Shown: positions 1 to 10,418, counted from the first letter of the stretch. The stretch: DNA of 64,000 nucleotides from Nitrospirota bacterium (GCA_963751455.1 CAVVUN010000015.1:384001-448000), one strand, 5' to 3'. The notes: generated by a model not told the origin, from the letters alone. A program made the numbers and translations.

Positions 1-1
1 C

Positions 2-247
2 AGCGGGAATATTTCTTCTCCCTATAACCCCACTTTTACCTTTATCGGAAATGTAAGCGACACGGGGGAAATTTCTTTTTCAATGTATTATGACGGGACT
101 AATAAACAAAACACGTGGTTCGGCCAATTGACTGGTTCCGGCGATGATTTAGTCGGTAACGGAACTGTTATTTGGTACTGGACAGATTATGATAACAGCC
201 CGAAAACATGTAGCGGAACATGGACTGGACTGGTTGAGAACTTCTGA
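2..247 (+). CDS. 3' end of a hypothetical, probably secreted beta-rich protein (partial, enters from left edge)
   Basis: Frame 2 is open from the window edge to TGA at 245-247 (SGNISSPYNPTFTFIGNVSDTGEISF...CSGTWTGLVENF). Confidence 0.6.
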   Translation, partial: SGNISSPYNPTFTFIGNVSDTGEISFSMYYDGTNKQNTWFGQLTGSGDDLVGNGTVIWYWTDYDNSPKTCSGTWTGLVENF

Positions 248-248
248 C

Positions 249-482
249 GTGATCGAGAATTATTCCTTTATCGAAAACTATATCGTATCCATATGCCAGC
301 GCGATGCCGAGGACAATCAAAAGCTAGCCGGATTTGTTGAGATCGTTGATAACGGCAAAACAAAGGTTTTTTCGAGTATCGAGGAACTTAATCAGATATT
401 GAACCTGGGGAAAATTAGGCGCGAAGGCAATGCTGCGGATAAAAATCAAGCAAGAAGAATTCATGAAAGAACAGCATGTTAG
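249..482 (+). CDS. small hypothetical protein
   Basis: ORF 189..482. GTG at 249, just after the upstream stop, is the more plausible start. Sequence ENYIVSICQRD...GFVEIV...FSSIEELNQIL looks protein-like. Confidence 0.45.
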   Translation: MIENYSFIENYIVSICQRDAEDNQKLAGFVEIVDNGKTKVFSSIEELNQILNLGKIRREGNAADKNQARRIHERTAC

Positions 483-572
483 GTCGCGGATAAAATTGAA
501 TTCACGCTGATGGTCCTGTTCGAGGTATAAACAAAATTCTCAGCGCGAATAATTGAAGGAGGATTTGTAATC

Positions 573-971
573 ATGAAAAAATCAAGCTTGTTGTTATTTT
601 TACCCCAGATTCTGATCTTAGTGGTTTTAGCGTGTGGTGATGATAAGAAAAACCAGACCGCAACAACGCCAACAGGTTCTCTAAAAGTGGTCAATCATTC
701 CGGACGTGACATGTATTTCCTTCAAACACGAACTGTAGGCGAAACGAACTGGCGAAGCCATTTTATAAATGGAGGAACCTTTCCAAACAACTCTAGCGCA
801 ACATGGGATTCTATACCCGTAGGGTCAAAAGATGTGAAAATAACATATAAAGATAATAGTGAGCAGCTACTTTCAAGTGTTGGCCATGCAAGGACAAGAA
901 TCACAAGTCAACATCAAGGCTGGTTTCGCGTGAAACCGCAGAGCCGCAAAGAAAGACCAGCAGGGGGTTGA
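573..971 (+). CDS. small lipoprotein, possibly with degenerate C-terminus
   Basis: SD GGAGG upstream; signal peptide with lipobox-like VLAC; beta-rich GSLKVVNHSG domain. Confidence 0.6.
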   Translation: MKKSSLLLFLPQILILVVLACGDDKKNQTATTPTGSLKVVNHSGRDMYFLQTRTVGETNWRSHFINGGTFPNNSSATWDSIPVGSKDVKITYKDNSEQLLSSVGHARTRITSQHQGWFRVKPQSRKERPAGG

Positions 972-1004
972 TTGACCGAATATAAATAATCTGTATGGAG
1001 GAGC

Positions 1005-2825
1005 ATGATGAAAGCGTTCAATAAAATCAGTATGGCAATTTTTTGTTTTGCGTTCTTTTTTGCTTTGACCGGATGCAGCAGAAAGGACACGTCCAGTCCG
1101 GGGCCCGGTCCCGCCACATTGTTATCTGGAGTTGCTTCAAAGGGCCTGATCAGCGGGGCAACGATAACTGTCTATGCCCTTGATTCTTCCGGGACTCAGG
1201 GATCAGTGCTTGCAACAACAATTACAGACACCAATGGGGCATATTCAGTAAACCTCGGATCGTATACCGGCAATGTTTTGGTTGTCGCTTCAGGCGGCAG
1301 CTATATTGATGAAGCAACGGGCAGCACTGTCACAGGCGTGAATGTGCCGGTCTTGCGGACTGCGGTCCCGAATGTTTCGGCTACTGCCACTGCAGCAGTG
1401 ACACCCCTGACTGAAATCGCGGTCCGAAAAGCCGGAACATTGACATCGGAGAATATCGACGAAGCAAATGCGCTGGTTGCGAACATGATAGGGGGAATCG
1501 ATATCATCACGACAATGCCCGCGAATGTCCTTGTTTCGTCGCAAAGCACCACCACGGAAAAGAACTACGGCCTCATGCTTGCGGCGATTTCAGAGATGGT
1601 CTCCAGCGGAACGGCGACCACGGTGACTGCTGCAATAACATCCATTGTTACGGATCTTGCCGACAACCAGCTTAATACGACCGGCGCGTCGATCGAAACC
1701 GCGTTGAACAGTTTCCTTGGATCGGCAAATAACAACACCGAGCTGGATGCGGCTACCACAACGCTCGACGAAAGCATCAGCGATGCGACAATCTTCACCA
1801 TCGGTGACGGAACGGCACCCAGATATTCGCTCGCTGATCTTGACGGCATATGGTATTCGATCGGGCTCAAGACGCCGGTGAAGAATACCAATAACGCAGC
1901 AAACCTCGGGTACGATGTCGATCAGGTGATTATCAGCAGCGGTACGTTTACGTCCGCGACCATTTCTACGAGCGATGACAGCGGAACGTCTACGGCAGCG
2001 ATTTCTGTCGCCGGCGACGGACGTGTGTCGATTGAGGGGGAGACAGAACCGCATTATATTTACATGAACGCAAGCAAGGATGTGATGGTCGAATTATTTA
2101 CTGATCCTGCTACCGGAGAGCAGCAGATCTGGGCTGATGTCAAGAAGGCCTCGTCTTATACCGCAGCCGACCTTGACGGCACCTGGTATTCGATTGGGCT
2201 CAAGACGCCGGTGAAAAATACCAGCAACGCTGCCAATTTCGGGTACGATGTCGATCAGGTGATTATCAACAGCGGTACGTTTACGTCTACGACCATTTCT
2301 ACGAGCGATGACAGCGGAACGTCTACGGCAGCGATTTCTGTCGTCGGCGACGGACGTGTGTCGATTGAGGGGGAGACGGAACCGCATTATATTTACATGA
2401 ACGCAAGCAAGGATGTGATGATCGAATTATTTACCGATCCTGCTACCGGAGAACAGCAGATCTGGTTCGATGTCAAGAAGGCAGCATCCTATACTGCTGC
2501 CGACCTTGTCGGAACCTGGTATTCGATAGGACTGAAAACACCCGTGAAGAATACGAGCAGCTCTGCCAATTTCGGGTACGATGTGGACCAGGGCGTAATG
2601 AACAGCAGTGGCGCAATTACCTCGACCACAATTTCCACGAGCGATATCAGTTCGACCTCTACCGGTACGATATCAATCAGCAGCGATGGTCAGGTGTCCT
2701 TTGCAGGGGAGACGGAGCCGCATTTTATCTACATGAACGCAAGCAAGAACGTAATGATCGAATTATTTGCGAACCCGGTATCCGGCGAACAGCAGATCTG
2801 GATTGATATCAAGCAGGCGCAGTAA
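1005..2825 (+). CDS. lipoprotein with N-terminal carboxypeptidase-regulatory-like domain and three 111-aa C-terminal repeats
   Basis: Lipobox LTGC; LSGVASKGLISGATITVY...TDTNGAYSV motif; 333-bp repeats starting at 1836, 2169 and 2502. Confidence 0.8.
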   Translation: MMKAFNKISMAIFCFAFFFALTGCSRKDTSSPGPGPATLLSGVASKGLISGATITVYALDSSGTQGSVLATTITDTNGAYSVNLGSYTGNVLVVASGGSYIDEATGSTVTGVNVPVLRTAVPNVSATATAAVTPLTEIAVRKAGTLTSENIDEANALVANMIGGIDIITTMPANVLVSSQSTTTEKNYGLMLAAISEMVSSGTATTVTAAITSIVTDLADNQLNTTGASIETALNSFLGSANNNTELDAATTTLDESISDATIFTIGDGTAPRYSLADLDGIWYSIGLKTPVKNTNNAANLGYDVDQVIISSGTFTSATISTSDDSGTSTAAISVAGDGRVSIEGETEPHYIYMNASKDVMVELFTDPATGEQQIWADVKKASSYTAADLDGTWYSIGLKTPVKNTSNAANFGYDVDQVIINSGTFTSTTISTSDDSGTSTAAISVVGDGRVSIEGETEPHYIYMNASKDVMIELFTDPATGEQQIWFDVKKAASYTAADLVGTWYSIGLKTPVKNTSSSANFGYDVDQGVMNSSGAITSTTISTSDISSTSTGTISISSDGQVSFAGETEPHFIYMNASKNVMIELFANPVSGEQQIWIDIKQAQ

Positions 2826-3041
2826 CAGCTTCCGGGCTGACAAAGGGTATCGCAGAACTGCGGGATTCGTACACATTTTCGTGTTCCTACAGCAATGCCG
2901 GCGACGGGTTAACAGCCGACATAAGGTAGGTACCGCGAAAAAACACTTTCAGCAACTGCGGCAGTATCAAACAGGAAGTAACCAGCATGGCAGATATAAT
3001 TTAACCCTGGTTGCCGGGGAACGACAAAAGGAGGAAAGAAC

Positions 3042-4730
3042 GTGAAAAGGGTTGTTAACTGGCTCGTAGTTTTATGTCTCATGGTTATTGCAGCATGCGG
3101 AGGGAGCGATTCGTCAAGTTCGAAGGCTCCTGCAAAAACAATTTCAGGGACTGCTGCGGCAGGCGCGCCGATCATTGGTTCCGTAACCGTTAAAGACAGC
3201 TCAACGCCTGCAGAAACAAAAACAGTTACTATTGCGGCTGATGGTAATTATACAGTAGATGTCTCTGATATGACTGCTCCTTTTCTGTTTAGAGCTGATG
3301 GCGCGGTTGGCGGCAAAACCTATCATCTTTGCTCTGCGGCGACAGAGGCTGATGTGAACAATACCATCAACATAACCCCGCTCACAGACTTGATCGTCGC
3401 CAACATTGCCGGGACACTGGCAGAGAACTATTTTGACAGTGGGAATTTTTCCACGCTTACAGCAGAGCAGTTGAACACAGAGCAGGAAGCCTTGCAGGCG
3501 GTTCTCTTCCCTACTCTTCAGGCTCTGGGGCTGAGCAGTTCGATTGATTTGCTTCGTGAGTCATTCAGCGCGGATCATACCGGGCTTGACGCAGCTTTGG
3601 ATATCATCAAGGTTTCGGTAGATTCTTCCACAAAAGTGGCAACGCTGACAAATGTCATCACGCAACAGACAATAACCAATGACATTTCTACGGGAACAAC
3701 CGCAGGGACGCTCAACGATACGACCGGGGTAGCGACGGGACTTACCGCAATACAGGCAATAGCCGAAAATTTGAATACCTGGTCTCAATTATTTGCTGCC
3801 GGTCTGCCGAATGAGTTGAATACACAGTTGCTGGCTCTTTTTGACCCGGCGACCTTCCAGTTGGACGGTCAGGATTTGTCCTCCTTTCTTTCAGAAATGA
3901 CAACTGATCCGGAAAACCTGGGAATTTCCTTTGGCAATCTGGTTATCGAATCAATGAATGCGGCCCAAACCAGCGCAGGCATTTCATTCAAAGTAATGCA
4001 AAACGGATCAGTGGTCGATACTGTTACCGGCTGGTATTGTGTAAAGAAAAATGATGTCTGGCTTATTCAAGGCAATCTGCGTATTGCTGAAGTGAGTGTG
4101 GAATCGGCCTCGATTTACCACGTTAAAAATTCCTCTGTAGTCGCAACAGGAATAAGGTTCCGCGTTGCCGATTCAGGCGGCAAAGGCATTACAACAGCCG
4201 AAATATCAGGGCCGGGAATAGTCAGTTCAATTACCGCAACGAATAATATTGGCATGTATTATTTCGTGGTGCCGAACACATTTGACGGCATCATCTACGG
4301 CATGACGGACAACCAAATCGCGCAGATACCGACGACCGGAGCGGCATACACTTTCAAACTCTATAACGGGGCCACTCTGCTGGCTACGTATGCCGAAACA
4401 CTTTCCCATAAGCCTTATGCATCAACCGAGTTGACGGCAGTCGATTACATGACCATCACTGCTCCCACTGCCTCAGCATTATCTGTATTTATCAGTGGTA
4501 ATCTTACTGTGAGTTGGACTCTTCCAGGCGGGATGGAGTCCGATTGGATAACGCTCGGAATGTCCGATAATAGCGGGCATTTCAATTTCTATGAAACAGG
4601 CAACAACCCGACTGATACATCTGCAATGCTGACTGTTACACCCATACCATCGTTTACTACGACATCGCGATGGCTGTGGGTGAACGGTCGAGACAACAAT
4701 GAAGTTGTATTTTCCACGTTCCTTGACTAG
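3042..4730 (+). CDS. lipoprotein with carboxypeptidase-regulatory-like N-terminal domain
   Basis: SD AGGAGG; lipobox IAAC-GG; ISGTAAAGAPI...VTVKDS...INITPLTDLIV motif resembling the N-terminal domain of the preceding gene. Confidence 0.8.
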   Translation: MKRVVNWLVVLCLMVIAACGGSDSSSSKAPAKTISGTAAAGAPIIGSVTVKDSSTPAETKTVTIAADGNYTVDVSDMTAPFLFRADGAVGGKTYHLCSAATEADVNNTINITPLTDLIVANIAGTLAENYFDSGNFSTLTAEQLNTEQEALQAVLFPTLQALGLSSSIDLLRESFSADHTGLDAALDIIKVSVDSSTKVATLTNVITQQTITNDISTGTTAGTLNDTTGVATGLTAIQAIAENLNTWSQLFAAGLPNELNTQLLALFDPATFQLDGQDLSSFLSEMTTDPENLGISFGNLVIESMNAAQTSAGISFKVMQNGSVVDTVTGWYCVKKNDVWLIQGNLRIAEVSVESASIYHVKNSSVVATGIRFRVADSGGKGITTAEISGPGIVSSITATNNIGMYYFVVPNTFDGIIYGMTDNQIAQIPTTGAAYTFKLYNGATLLATYAETLSHKPYASTELTAVDYMTITAPTASALSVFISGNLTVSWTLPGGMESDWITLGMSDNSGHFNFYETGNNPTDTSAMLTVTPIPSFTTTSRWLWVNGRDNNEVVFSTFLD

Positions 4731-4880
4731 GTGGCTTTTCTCGCTTGAAAGCAATATCTCATTTGCCTTGCCGCTAAAAAGGCAGGCGAACCGCGGACGG
4801 AGCCGCAACCAAAGGTACTTGTTATAGCTAGGGCCATAACAGTGAAAAAAAACTGAAAGTTTTGACCAATTTAAAAAATG

Positions 4881-4913
4881 AAAGAGGCAGGGATTTCCCC
4901 TGCCTCTTTTTTT
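4881..4913 (+). terminator. rho-independent terminator
   Basis: AAAGAGGCAGGG-loop-CCCTGCCTCTTT followed by a T run. Confidence 0.85.
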
Positions 4914-4951
4914 GCTAGCCGTTTCTCGCCCAATCTGGTAGTTTATACATC

Positions 4952-6220
4952 ATGAAAAATCAACCCGCCCCCCGCAATCCCTGGGCATTCATTCCCACGC
5001 TCTACTTCGCCGAAGGCCTTCCGTACGTGCTGATCAATACCGTATCCGTTATCCTGTACAAGAGGATGGGGATAGACAACGCGCATATTGCGTTCTGGAC
5101 GAGCTGGCTCTACCTTCCCTGGGTGATCAAAATGTTCTGGGGGCCGCTGGTCGATGTTACCTTGACCAAGCGGCGCTGGATTCTCTCGACGCAGGCCGCC
5201 ATGAGCTTCAGCATGTTCGTAGTCGCGTTCTCGCTTCGGACCGAGCACTTTTTTTTCCTCTCGCTCGCGGCATTCTGCGCGGGCGCGTTTATTTCCGCTA
5301 CCTACGACATTGCGACCGACGGGTTCTACATGCTCGCGCTTACCGGGAAAGAACAGGCGCTGTTTGTCGGAATCCGGTCTGCATTCTACCGGCTGGCAAT
5401 GATATTCGGCTCCGGTTTTCTGGTGTATGTTGCCGGGATGCTTGAAACCTCGACCGCCAATGTTGCCGGAAGCTGGTCCACGATCATGACCGTATCGGGA
5501 CTGATTTTTGCTTCAGTTTTCGTGTATCACCGGTTCATACTGCCCTTTCCTTCATCCGACGTAGATAGGACAGAAGCGGGAACCACCGAGAAGGCATCTT
5601 TCGGAGAGGTCATTCGGTCTTACTTCAGGCAGGAAAAGGTGGGCGTAGTGCTCGCCTTCATTCTATTTTACCGCCTCGGCGAGGCCATGCTCCTCAAACT
5701 GGTGTCTCCGTTTTTACTGGACAAGGCGGCCGCAGGCGGATTGGGACTGACTACCCAGCAGGTCGGCCTTGTCTACGGAACCGTGGGCATGCTTTGCCTT
5801 GTTCTGGGCGGTGTGCTCGGCGGCTGGTTTATTTCCCGCTTCGGGTTCAGAAAGTGTGTCTGGCCCATGGTGATCGCGATGCACTTGCCGGACCTGTTCT
5901 TTGTTTATATGGCCTCTGTTCAACCCGGAATAGGCATGGTCTATCCGCTGGTAGCGCTCGAGCAGTTCGGATACGGCCTCGGGTTTACCGTTTTCACCGT
6001 TTACCTGATGTATTCGGCGCAGGGCAGGTATAAAACATCACACTACGCCATTTCGACCGGTATCATGGCACTCGGCATGATGCTGCCGGGCTTTATCAGC
6101 GGTTATCTGCAGCAGGCCGTCGGGTATCGCCTGTTCTTTATTATCGTCTGCTTCATGACGGTCCCCGGCATGCTGACTATCCCGTTTCTGCCGAAGGACA
6201 AAATCGAGAAGCGGGGATAG
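4952..6220 (+). CDS. ampG: AmpG-like MFS permease
   Basis: PTLYFAEGLP, LPWVIKMFWGPLVD and SATYDIATDGFY motifs; about 12 TM segments. Confidence 0.8.
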   Translation: MKNQPAPRNPWAFIPTLYFAEGLPYVLINTVSVILYKRMGIDNAHIAFWTSWLYLPWVIKMFWGPLVDVTLTKRRWILSTQAAMSFSMFVVAFSLRTEHFFFLSLAAFCAGAFISATYDIATDGFYMLALTGKEQALFVGIRSAFYRLAMIFGSGFLVYVAGMLETSTANVAGSWSTIMTVSGLIFASVFVYHRFILPFPSSDVDRTEAGTTEKASFGEVIRSYFRQEKVGVVLAFILFYRLGEAMLLKLVSPFLLDKAAAGGLGLTTQQVGLVYGTVGMLCLVLGGVLGGWFISRFGFRKCVWPMVIAMHLPDLFFVYMASVQPGIGMVYPLVALEQFGYGLGFTVFTVYLMYSAQGRYKTSHYAISTGIMALGMMLPGFISGYLQQAVGYRLFFIIVCFMTVPGMLTIPFLPKDKIEKRG

Positions 6221-6262
6221 CCAAGCGCAGTTTTTTACACGTCGCGCAGCGGTTGCTGAAAA

Positions 6263-6290
6263 TAAAAACGGCGGCCTATATGGCCGCCGT
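6263..6290 (-). terminator. terminator between convergent genes
   Basis: ACGGCGGCC-TATAT-GGCCGCCGT hairpin preceded by an A run, giving a U tract on the minus strand. Confidence 0.75.
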
Positions 6291-6322
6291 ACGAGAGAAC
6301 AAGAACCGTATGAACAATTTCG

Positions 6323-6568
6323 CTACTCTTTGCCGAACCAGGAAAGAATAAATCCGACAATCACTCCCAGAAGTGTGCCGATCGTTTCCCGTCCCAGTAC
6401 GTTATATAAGCCCAGGATCAGAAGAAGAGGCAGAATGAACACAATTGAAATGAATTGTATGGTTTTGATCCCAATCGTCGCATTCTGCTTAATAACAAGA
6501 TAAAATATACCGCCTAATCCGCCTGCCATAATAAGTGCAGCAATCAATGCCACCCATATCTGCGTCAT
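6323..6568 (-). CDS. small membrane protein (3 TM)
   Basis: 81-aa hydrophobic ORF with a G-rich SD. Confidence 0.7.
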   Translation of the reverse strand: MTQIWVALIAALIMAGGLGGIFYLVIKQNATIGIKTIQFISIVFILPLLLILGLYNVLGRETIGTLLGVIVGFILSWFGKE

Positions 6569-6850
6569 GTTTTCCCCCCAGCGTTAAAATTTGATCGACC
6601 GGAAACCGGTTTTAAAATCTAGATATTATAGGAAATGGCACCGCTTTTGTCAAAGAGATAAAATGAATTCCGGACGCGCTGAGCGAGTCAGAAAACGCGT
6701 ATTCGGGACGCAAACATTTTCTGGAAACTTTTGATTAAAGCATGTACAATGAAGTCGCTTTCCGCGCCCTACGATTACAAGCGCTGTTCGGCTCACAGGG
6801 AGCTGCATTCACGCCGTAGATTTACTGGTATAATTAGAAACAAAAGGAGC

Positions 6851-7782
6851 ATGCAATCGACGAAGTTCTGTATTCATTCGGGTTGATTATCGCCGCAGGG
6901 TACGTTTGGCGGTTTTTCAATCCCGGCGGTGTCGATCGTCATGCTCTCCGCCATGCCCTGAGCGTGACCGTTCTTCATTTTTTCCTGCCTGCTCTGGCCT
7001 TTGGCCTGCTGGCGTCCGCGCGGATTGACAAAAGCTTTTTCGCCATTCCTTTAACAGCGGGATTGGTAACGATTGTAGGCCTGGCAGCGGCCTATGCAGC
7101 CTACCGGCTGCTGCCAGGGTTCAGAAAGACCGATCGCCGCTCATTTGGCGTCGTGGTGCTCGTTGCTGCATTCGGCAACGTGACCTACCTGGGTCTTCCG
7201 GTAATCAGTGAAATGCTCGGAACGCAGCTCGGCTACGTTGCCATCCTGTATGACTTGCTTGCGACGACCCCGCTGCTGCTGACGGTCGGCGTCTTCATTG
7301 CAGCCCGGTACGGCAGCGGTAAATCCGTATCTTTCGCCGCCTCGTTCAAGCGGGTGCTGAGTCTTCCCCCGCTCTGGGGTGTCGCACTGGGCATGGCCGT
7401 GCAGATCGCGGGGATCACGGTCCCGGCGATTATTCTGAATACCGCTTCGCTCATGGGCAAGGCGGTAATCCCGATTATGACTTTTACGGTCGGGCTCGCT
7501 CTCGATTTTCGCGATATCCGGCGGCTTTCGATTGCCGTGCCGGCTCTTGCGCTTAAGCTGCTGGCTGCACCGCTTCTCGCATGGTGGATAGGGACCCGTC
7601 TCGGCGTGACTGGCAATCTTCTCAGGGGCGTCACGATCGAAGGGGCGATGCCGGTGATGGTGCTTTCCCTTGTCATTGCAGACGAATTCGAGCTTGACGT
7701 GCCGCTGGCCGCGATGTGCATTGCGGTTTCCACCATCGCGCTGTTCTTCACAATGCCGGCGGTGATGAAGATTATCTTTTAG
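6851..7782 (+). CDS. AEC (auxin efflux carrier) family transporter; start uncertain
   Basis: FGNVTYLGLP, LPPLW and AMP motifs; about 10 TM. SD AGGAG plus ATG at 6851 is out of frame with the body ORF (6883..7782), suggesting an indel. Confidence 0.85.
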
Positions 7783-7785
7783 CAT

Positions 7786-7862
7786 AGCATAGGGCATAGC
7801 GCATAGCGTAGAGAATAAGGCAATGATTCTAAACCCTTGCGCCATGCGCTATGCTCTATGCT
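7786..7862. repeat. periodic (7-nt) palindromic intergenic element
   Basis: AGCATAGGGCATAGCGCATAGCG (7786-7808) and CGCCATGCGCTATGCTCTATGCT (7840-7862) form a 21/23 inverted match. Confidence 0.85.
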
Positions 7863-7874
7863 GGAGGTTGTTAT

Positions 7875-8108
7875 ATGGACGACCATCACGAGCATTCACA
7901 CAAGCATGACGAGCAATGCGGCCACGACCATGGGGAGCACGAGCACGGGCTGGTCCCGGTTACGATAGAGCTCGAGGACGAGCATATCCCCGCGCTTGAC
8001 GAGGTTGCGATCGAGCTGACCAGGGAATTGAAGCAGCCGTGGGACCGGGGCGCGGTTGTGCGGCTTGCATTGAGCGAGTTTTTCTCCAGAAGGGGAAAGA
8101 TCACGTAA
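7875..8108 (+). CDS. His-rich ribbon-helix-helix-like small protein
   Basis: SD GGAGG plus ATG at 7875; DDHHEHSHKHDEQCGHDHGEHEHG followed by VTIELED...ALDEVA...RGAVVRLALSEFF. Confidence 0.65.
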   Translation: MDDHHEHSHKHDEQCGHDHGEHEHGLVPVTIELEDEHIPALDEVAIELTRELKQPWDRGAVVRLALSEFFSRRGKIT

Positions 8109-8244
8109 CAAGAAAAAGACCGCTATTCGTTGTGCGGTAAGGAGGCCCGTATCGTCGTTCGGCCAGGAAAACGAACCACGTGTCCGAAACGGGCTTCGTG
8201 GCCGCTTGACGTTCTTTTCGGGCTCGCTAATGTTCAGGAGGCTT

Positions 8245-9123
8245 ATGGCGTACAAGACCATCGGGCAGAAGCAGTATCTTATTGATATCCACGTGCATGG
8301 CGCCGAAAATTATGACACGCGCACGAGAAGACAGGATGATATTCTGAGGATTGCCGACGTTCACGGCGAACGGGGCACCTCCGCCCTGCTGCCGACGATC
8401 TATCCCGGGCCGGTTGAAACGATGCGCGAAAACATGAAAGCCGTGAGGCGCGCCATGGAAATCCAGAGGCACGGCGCTGAGCTGCTGGGAATACACATCG
8501 AGGGACCGTTCCTGAACCCGGAGCGGGCAGGATCCCTTGACGGGAAGAGCTTCATGGACCCCTCAACCGGCGCTCTCGAACTTCTTACCGAGGACTTCGA
8601 GGACATCATAAAAATCGTGACGATTGCCCCGGAACTGCCCGGAGCGCTCAAGGTGATCGAACAATGCCGAGAAAAAGGTTTCCTGGTTCACATGGGACAT
8701 AGTGATGCGTCGTTCGAGCAGGCAGAGGAAGGGAAAAAAGCGGGAGCAACGGGCATAACGCATATTTTTAACGCAATGCGCGGGTTTCATCATCGTGAAC
8801 CTGGCCTTGCGGGGTTCGGTCTAATGGACGAGGACATCTATGTGGAGGTGATCGCGGACATGGCGCACCTTCACCCGCAAAGCTTGAAGATGCTGTTTGA
8901 TATGAAATCGCCGGACAAGATACTCCTCGTCTCGGATTCCGTGAAAGGCCCTGGCTGGGGCAGCGGTCCTATTCGCGGGCCTGGCGGAATGCTCATGGGC
9001 AGCGGTATCGTTCTCGCTGATGCCATGAAGAACCTTGTGACGCTCGGGGTGCCTCTCGAACGAGCGGTTCGGTTCGCATCACAGAACCCGAAACAGTATC
9101 TGGGGCTCGCTGCGGTATCATAA
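8245..9123 (+). CDS. nagA: N-acetylglucosamine-6-phosphate deacetylase
   Basis: IDIHVHG, GIHIEGPFLN, TIAPE, GHSDA, THIFNAM and LVSDS motifs; SD AGGAGG before ATG 8245. Confidence 0.9.
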   Translation: MAYKTIGQKQYLIDIHVHGAENYDTRTRRQDDILRIADVHGERGTSALLPTIYPGPVETMRENMKAVRRAMEIQRHGAELLGIHIEGPFLNPERAGSLDGKSFMDPSTGALELLTEDFEDIIKIVTIAPELPGALKVIEQCREKGFLVHMGHSDASFEQAEEGKKAGATGITHIFNAMRGFHHREPGLAGFGLMDEDIYVEVIADMAHLHPQSLKMLFDMKSPDKILLVSDSVKGPGWGSGPIRGPGGMLMGSGIVLADAMKNLVTLGVPLERAVRFASQNPKQYLGLAAVS

Positions 9124-9156
9124 ATTGAAGCTGCGGATTTCGCCTGACAACTGAAC

Positions 9157-10269
9157 ATGGACTATTCGATACAGAACATCAGAGATGAACGCTTGTCGAC
9201 GCTGCTCAAGGTCGGGACGCGGCTCGCAGCCGAGCGCAACCTTGACCGGCTGCTGTCGATGATCATGGAGGAAACGACCGCCGTGATGGAGGCCGAGCGC
9301 AGCTCGCTTTTCCTGATCGACCGGGACAGGAACGAGATGTGGGCCAAGATCGCCCAGGGCGTGGAGACGACCGAGCTCCGGTTCCCGGTCGGCGTGGGCA
9401 TTGCGGGTTCCGTCGGAAAGACCGGCGAGATCATCAATATCCCGGATGCCTACCAGGACAAGCGGTTCAATCCTGAATTCGATGTAAAGACGGGCTATCG
9501 AACGAGGAGCATCCTGTGCGTCCCTATGAAAAACTTTCCGGAAAACATCATCGGCGCAATCCAGGTGTTAAATAAAAAGTCCGGTTCTTTTCAGGCGGAA
9601 GACGAAGCGCTCCTGACTGCGCTGGCCTCGCAGGCAGCGGTCGCCATCGATAATGCGGATCTATACCAAAAGCTCCATGAATTGAATATTTCGCTCGAAA
9701 GAAAAGTCGAGGAAAGGACCTCGGAGCTGGTCAGGGCGAACGAGCGGCTCTCCGTATTGAACCGGGAACTCGAAGAGAGCGCCATTACCGACGGCCTTAC
9801 GCAGGTCTTTAACCGCCGTTATTTCATGGATAGGCTCAGACAGGAAGTGAAGCGTGCCTACCGGTACGGGACGCCTGTCTCGCTGCTCATGTTCGACATT
9901 GACCATTTCAAACAGGTAAACGATACGTTCGGACACCAGGCAGGCGATGCGGTCCTGATCGGCGTAACCCAGCTCATCAAGGCGCGTCTCCGCGGGACGG
10001 ACCTGCTGGCCAGATACGGCGGCGAGGAGTTCTGCCTGATCTGCGCCGCGATGGACCAAGGTGAAGCGGCAATGCTCGCGGAGCGGCTGAGGGAGGCCAT
10101 AGCCGGTTCCCGCTTTGAACACGGCAGCAAGCCGATCACAATCACTGTGAGCATCGGCATCGGCAGCTGGAAGAAGACGTTGCGCGACAATCACGAGGAA
10201 CTGATCAGAATGGCCGACGAGGCGCTGTACCGGGCAAAGGCGGAGGGCAGGAACCGGGTGTGCAGCTGA
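9157..10269 (+). CDS. GAF-domain diguanylate cyclase
   Basis: GAF domain (DAYQDKRFNPEFDVKTGYRTRSILCVP...NKK) plus RYGGEEF, with RxxD I-site (RGTD). Confidence 0.92.
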   Translation: MDYSIQNIRDERLSTLLKVGTRLAAERNLDRLLSMIMEETTAVMEAERSSLFLIDRDRNEMWAKIAQGVETTELRFPVGVGIAGSVGKTGEIINIPDAYQDKRFNPEFDVKTGYRTRSILCVPMKNFPENIIGAIQVLNKKSGSFQAEDEALLTALASQAAVAIDNADLYQKLHELNISLERKVEERTSELVRANERLSVLNRELEESAITDGLTQVFNRRYFMDRLRQEVKRAYRYGTPVSLLMFDIDHFKQVNDTFGHQAGDAVLIGVTQLIKARLRGTDLLARYGGEEFCLICAAMDQGEAAMLAERLREAIAGSRFEHGSKPITITVSIGIGSWKKTLRDNHEELIRMADEALYRAKAEGRNRVCS

Positions 10270-10343
10270 GGGGTACAAATTCGCCTTTACTATTTCCGAA
10301 CGATTCGCTAAAATGATAGCGATCTGAGACAAGAAAATCATCG

Positions 10344-10418
10344 CCGCAGATTTCGCAGATTAAAAGCCGGAGCGGACTTTTTTTAAGCCTGAATCTACGC
10401 AATCGGCGCAATCCGCGG
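10344..10418. repeat. periodic (9-nt) palindromic intergenic element
   Basis: CCGCAGATT/TCGCAGATT ... AATCTACGC/AATCGGCGC/AATCCGCGG. Confidence 0.75.

Noticed and set aside
1836-2822. Repeats as a DGR template/variable pair, given an Avd-like gene in the window
   Set aside because: Differences are mostly synonymous and not adenine-specific, all copies are in frame within one gene, and no reverse transcriptase is present.
7141-7845. Long antisense ORFs here and at 9661, 21501, 27216, 50212 and 56064
   Set aside because: They are shadows of well-supported genes on the opposite strand in GC-rich DNA.
8109-8244. glmS-like ribozyme or riboswitch upstream of nagA
   Set aside because: Hairpins are present (GGAGGCCCGT/ACGGGCTTC), but I could not find the conserved glmS core.
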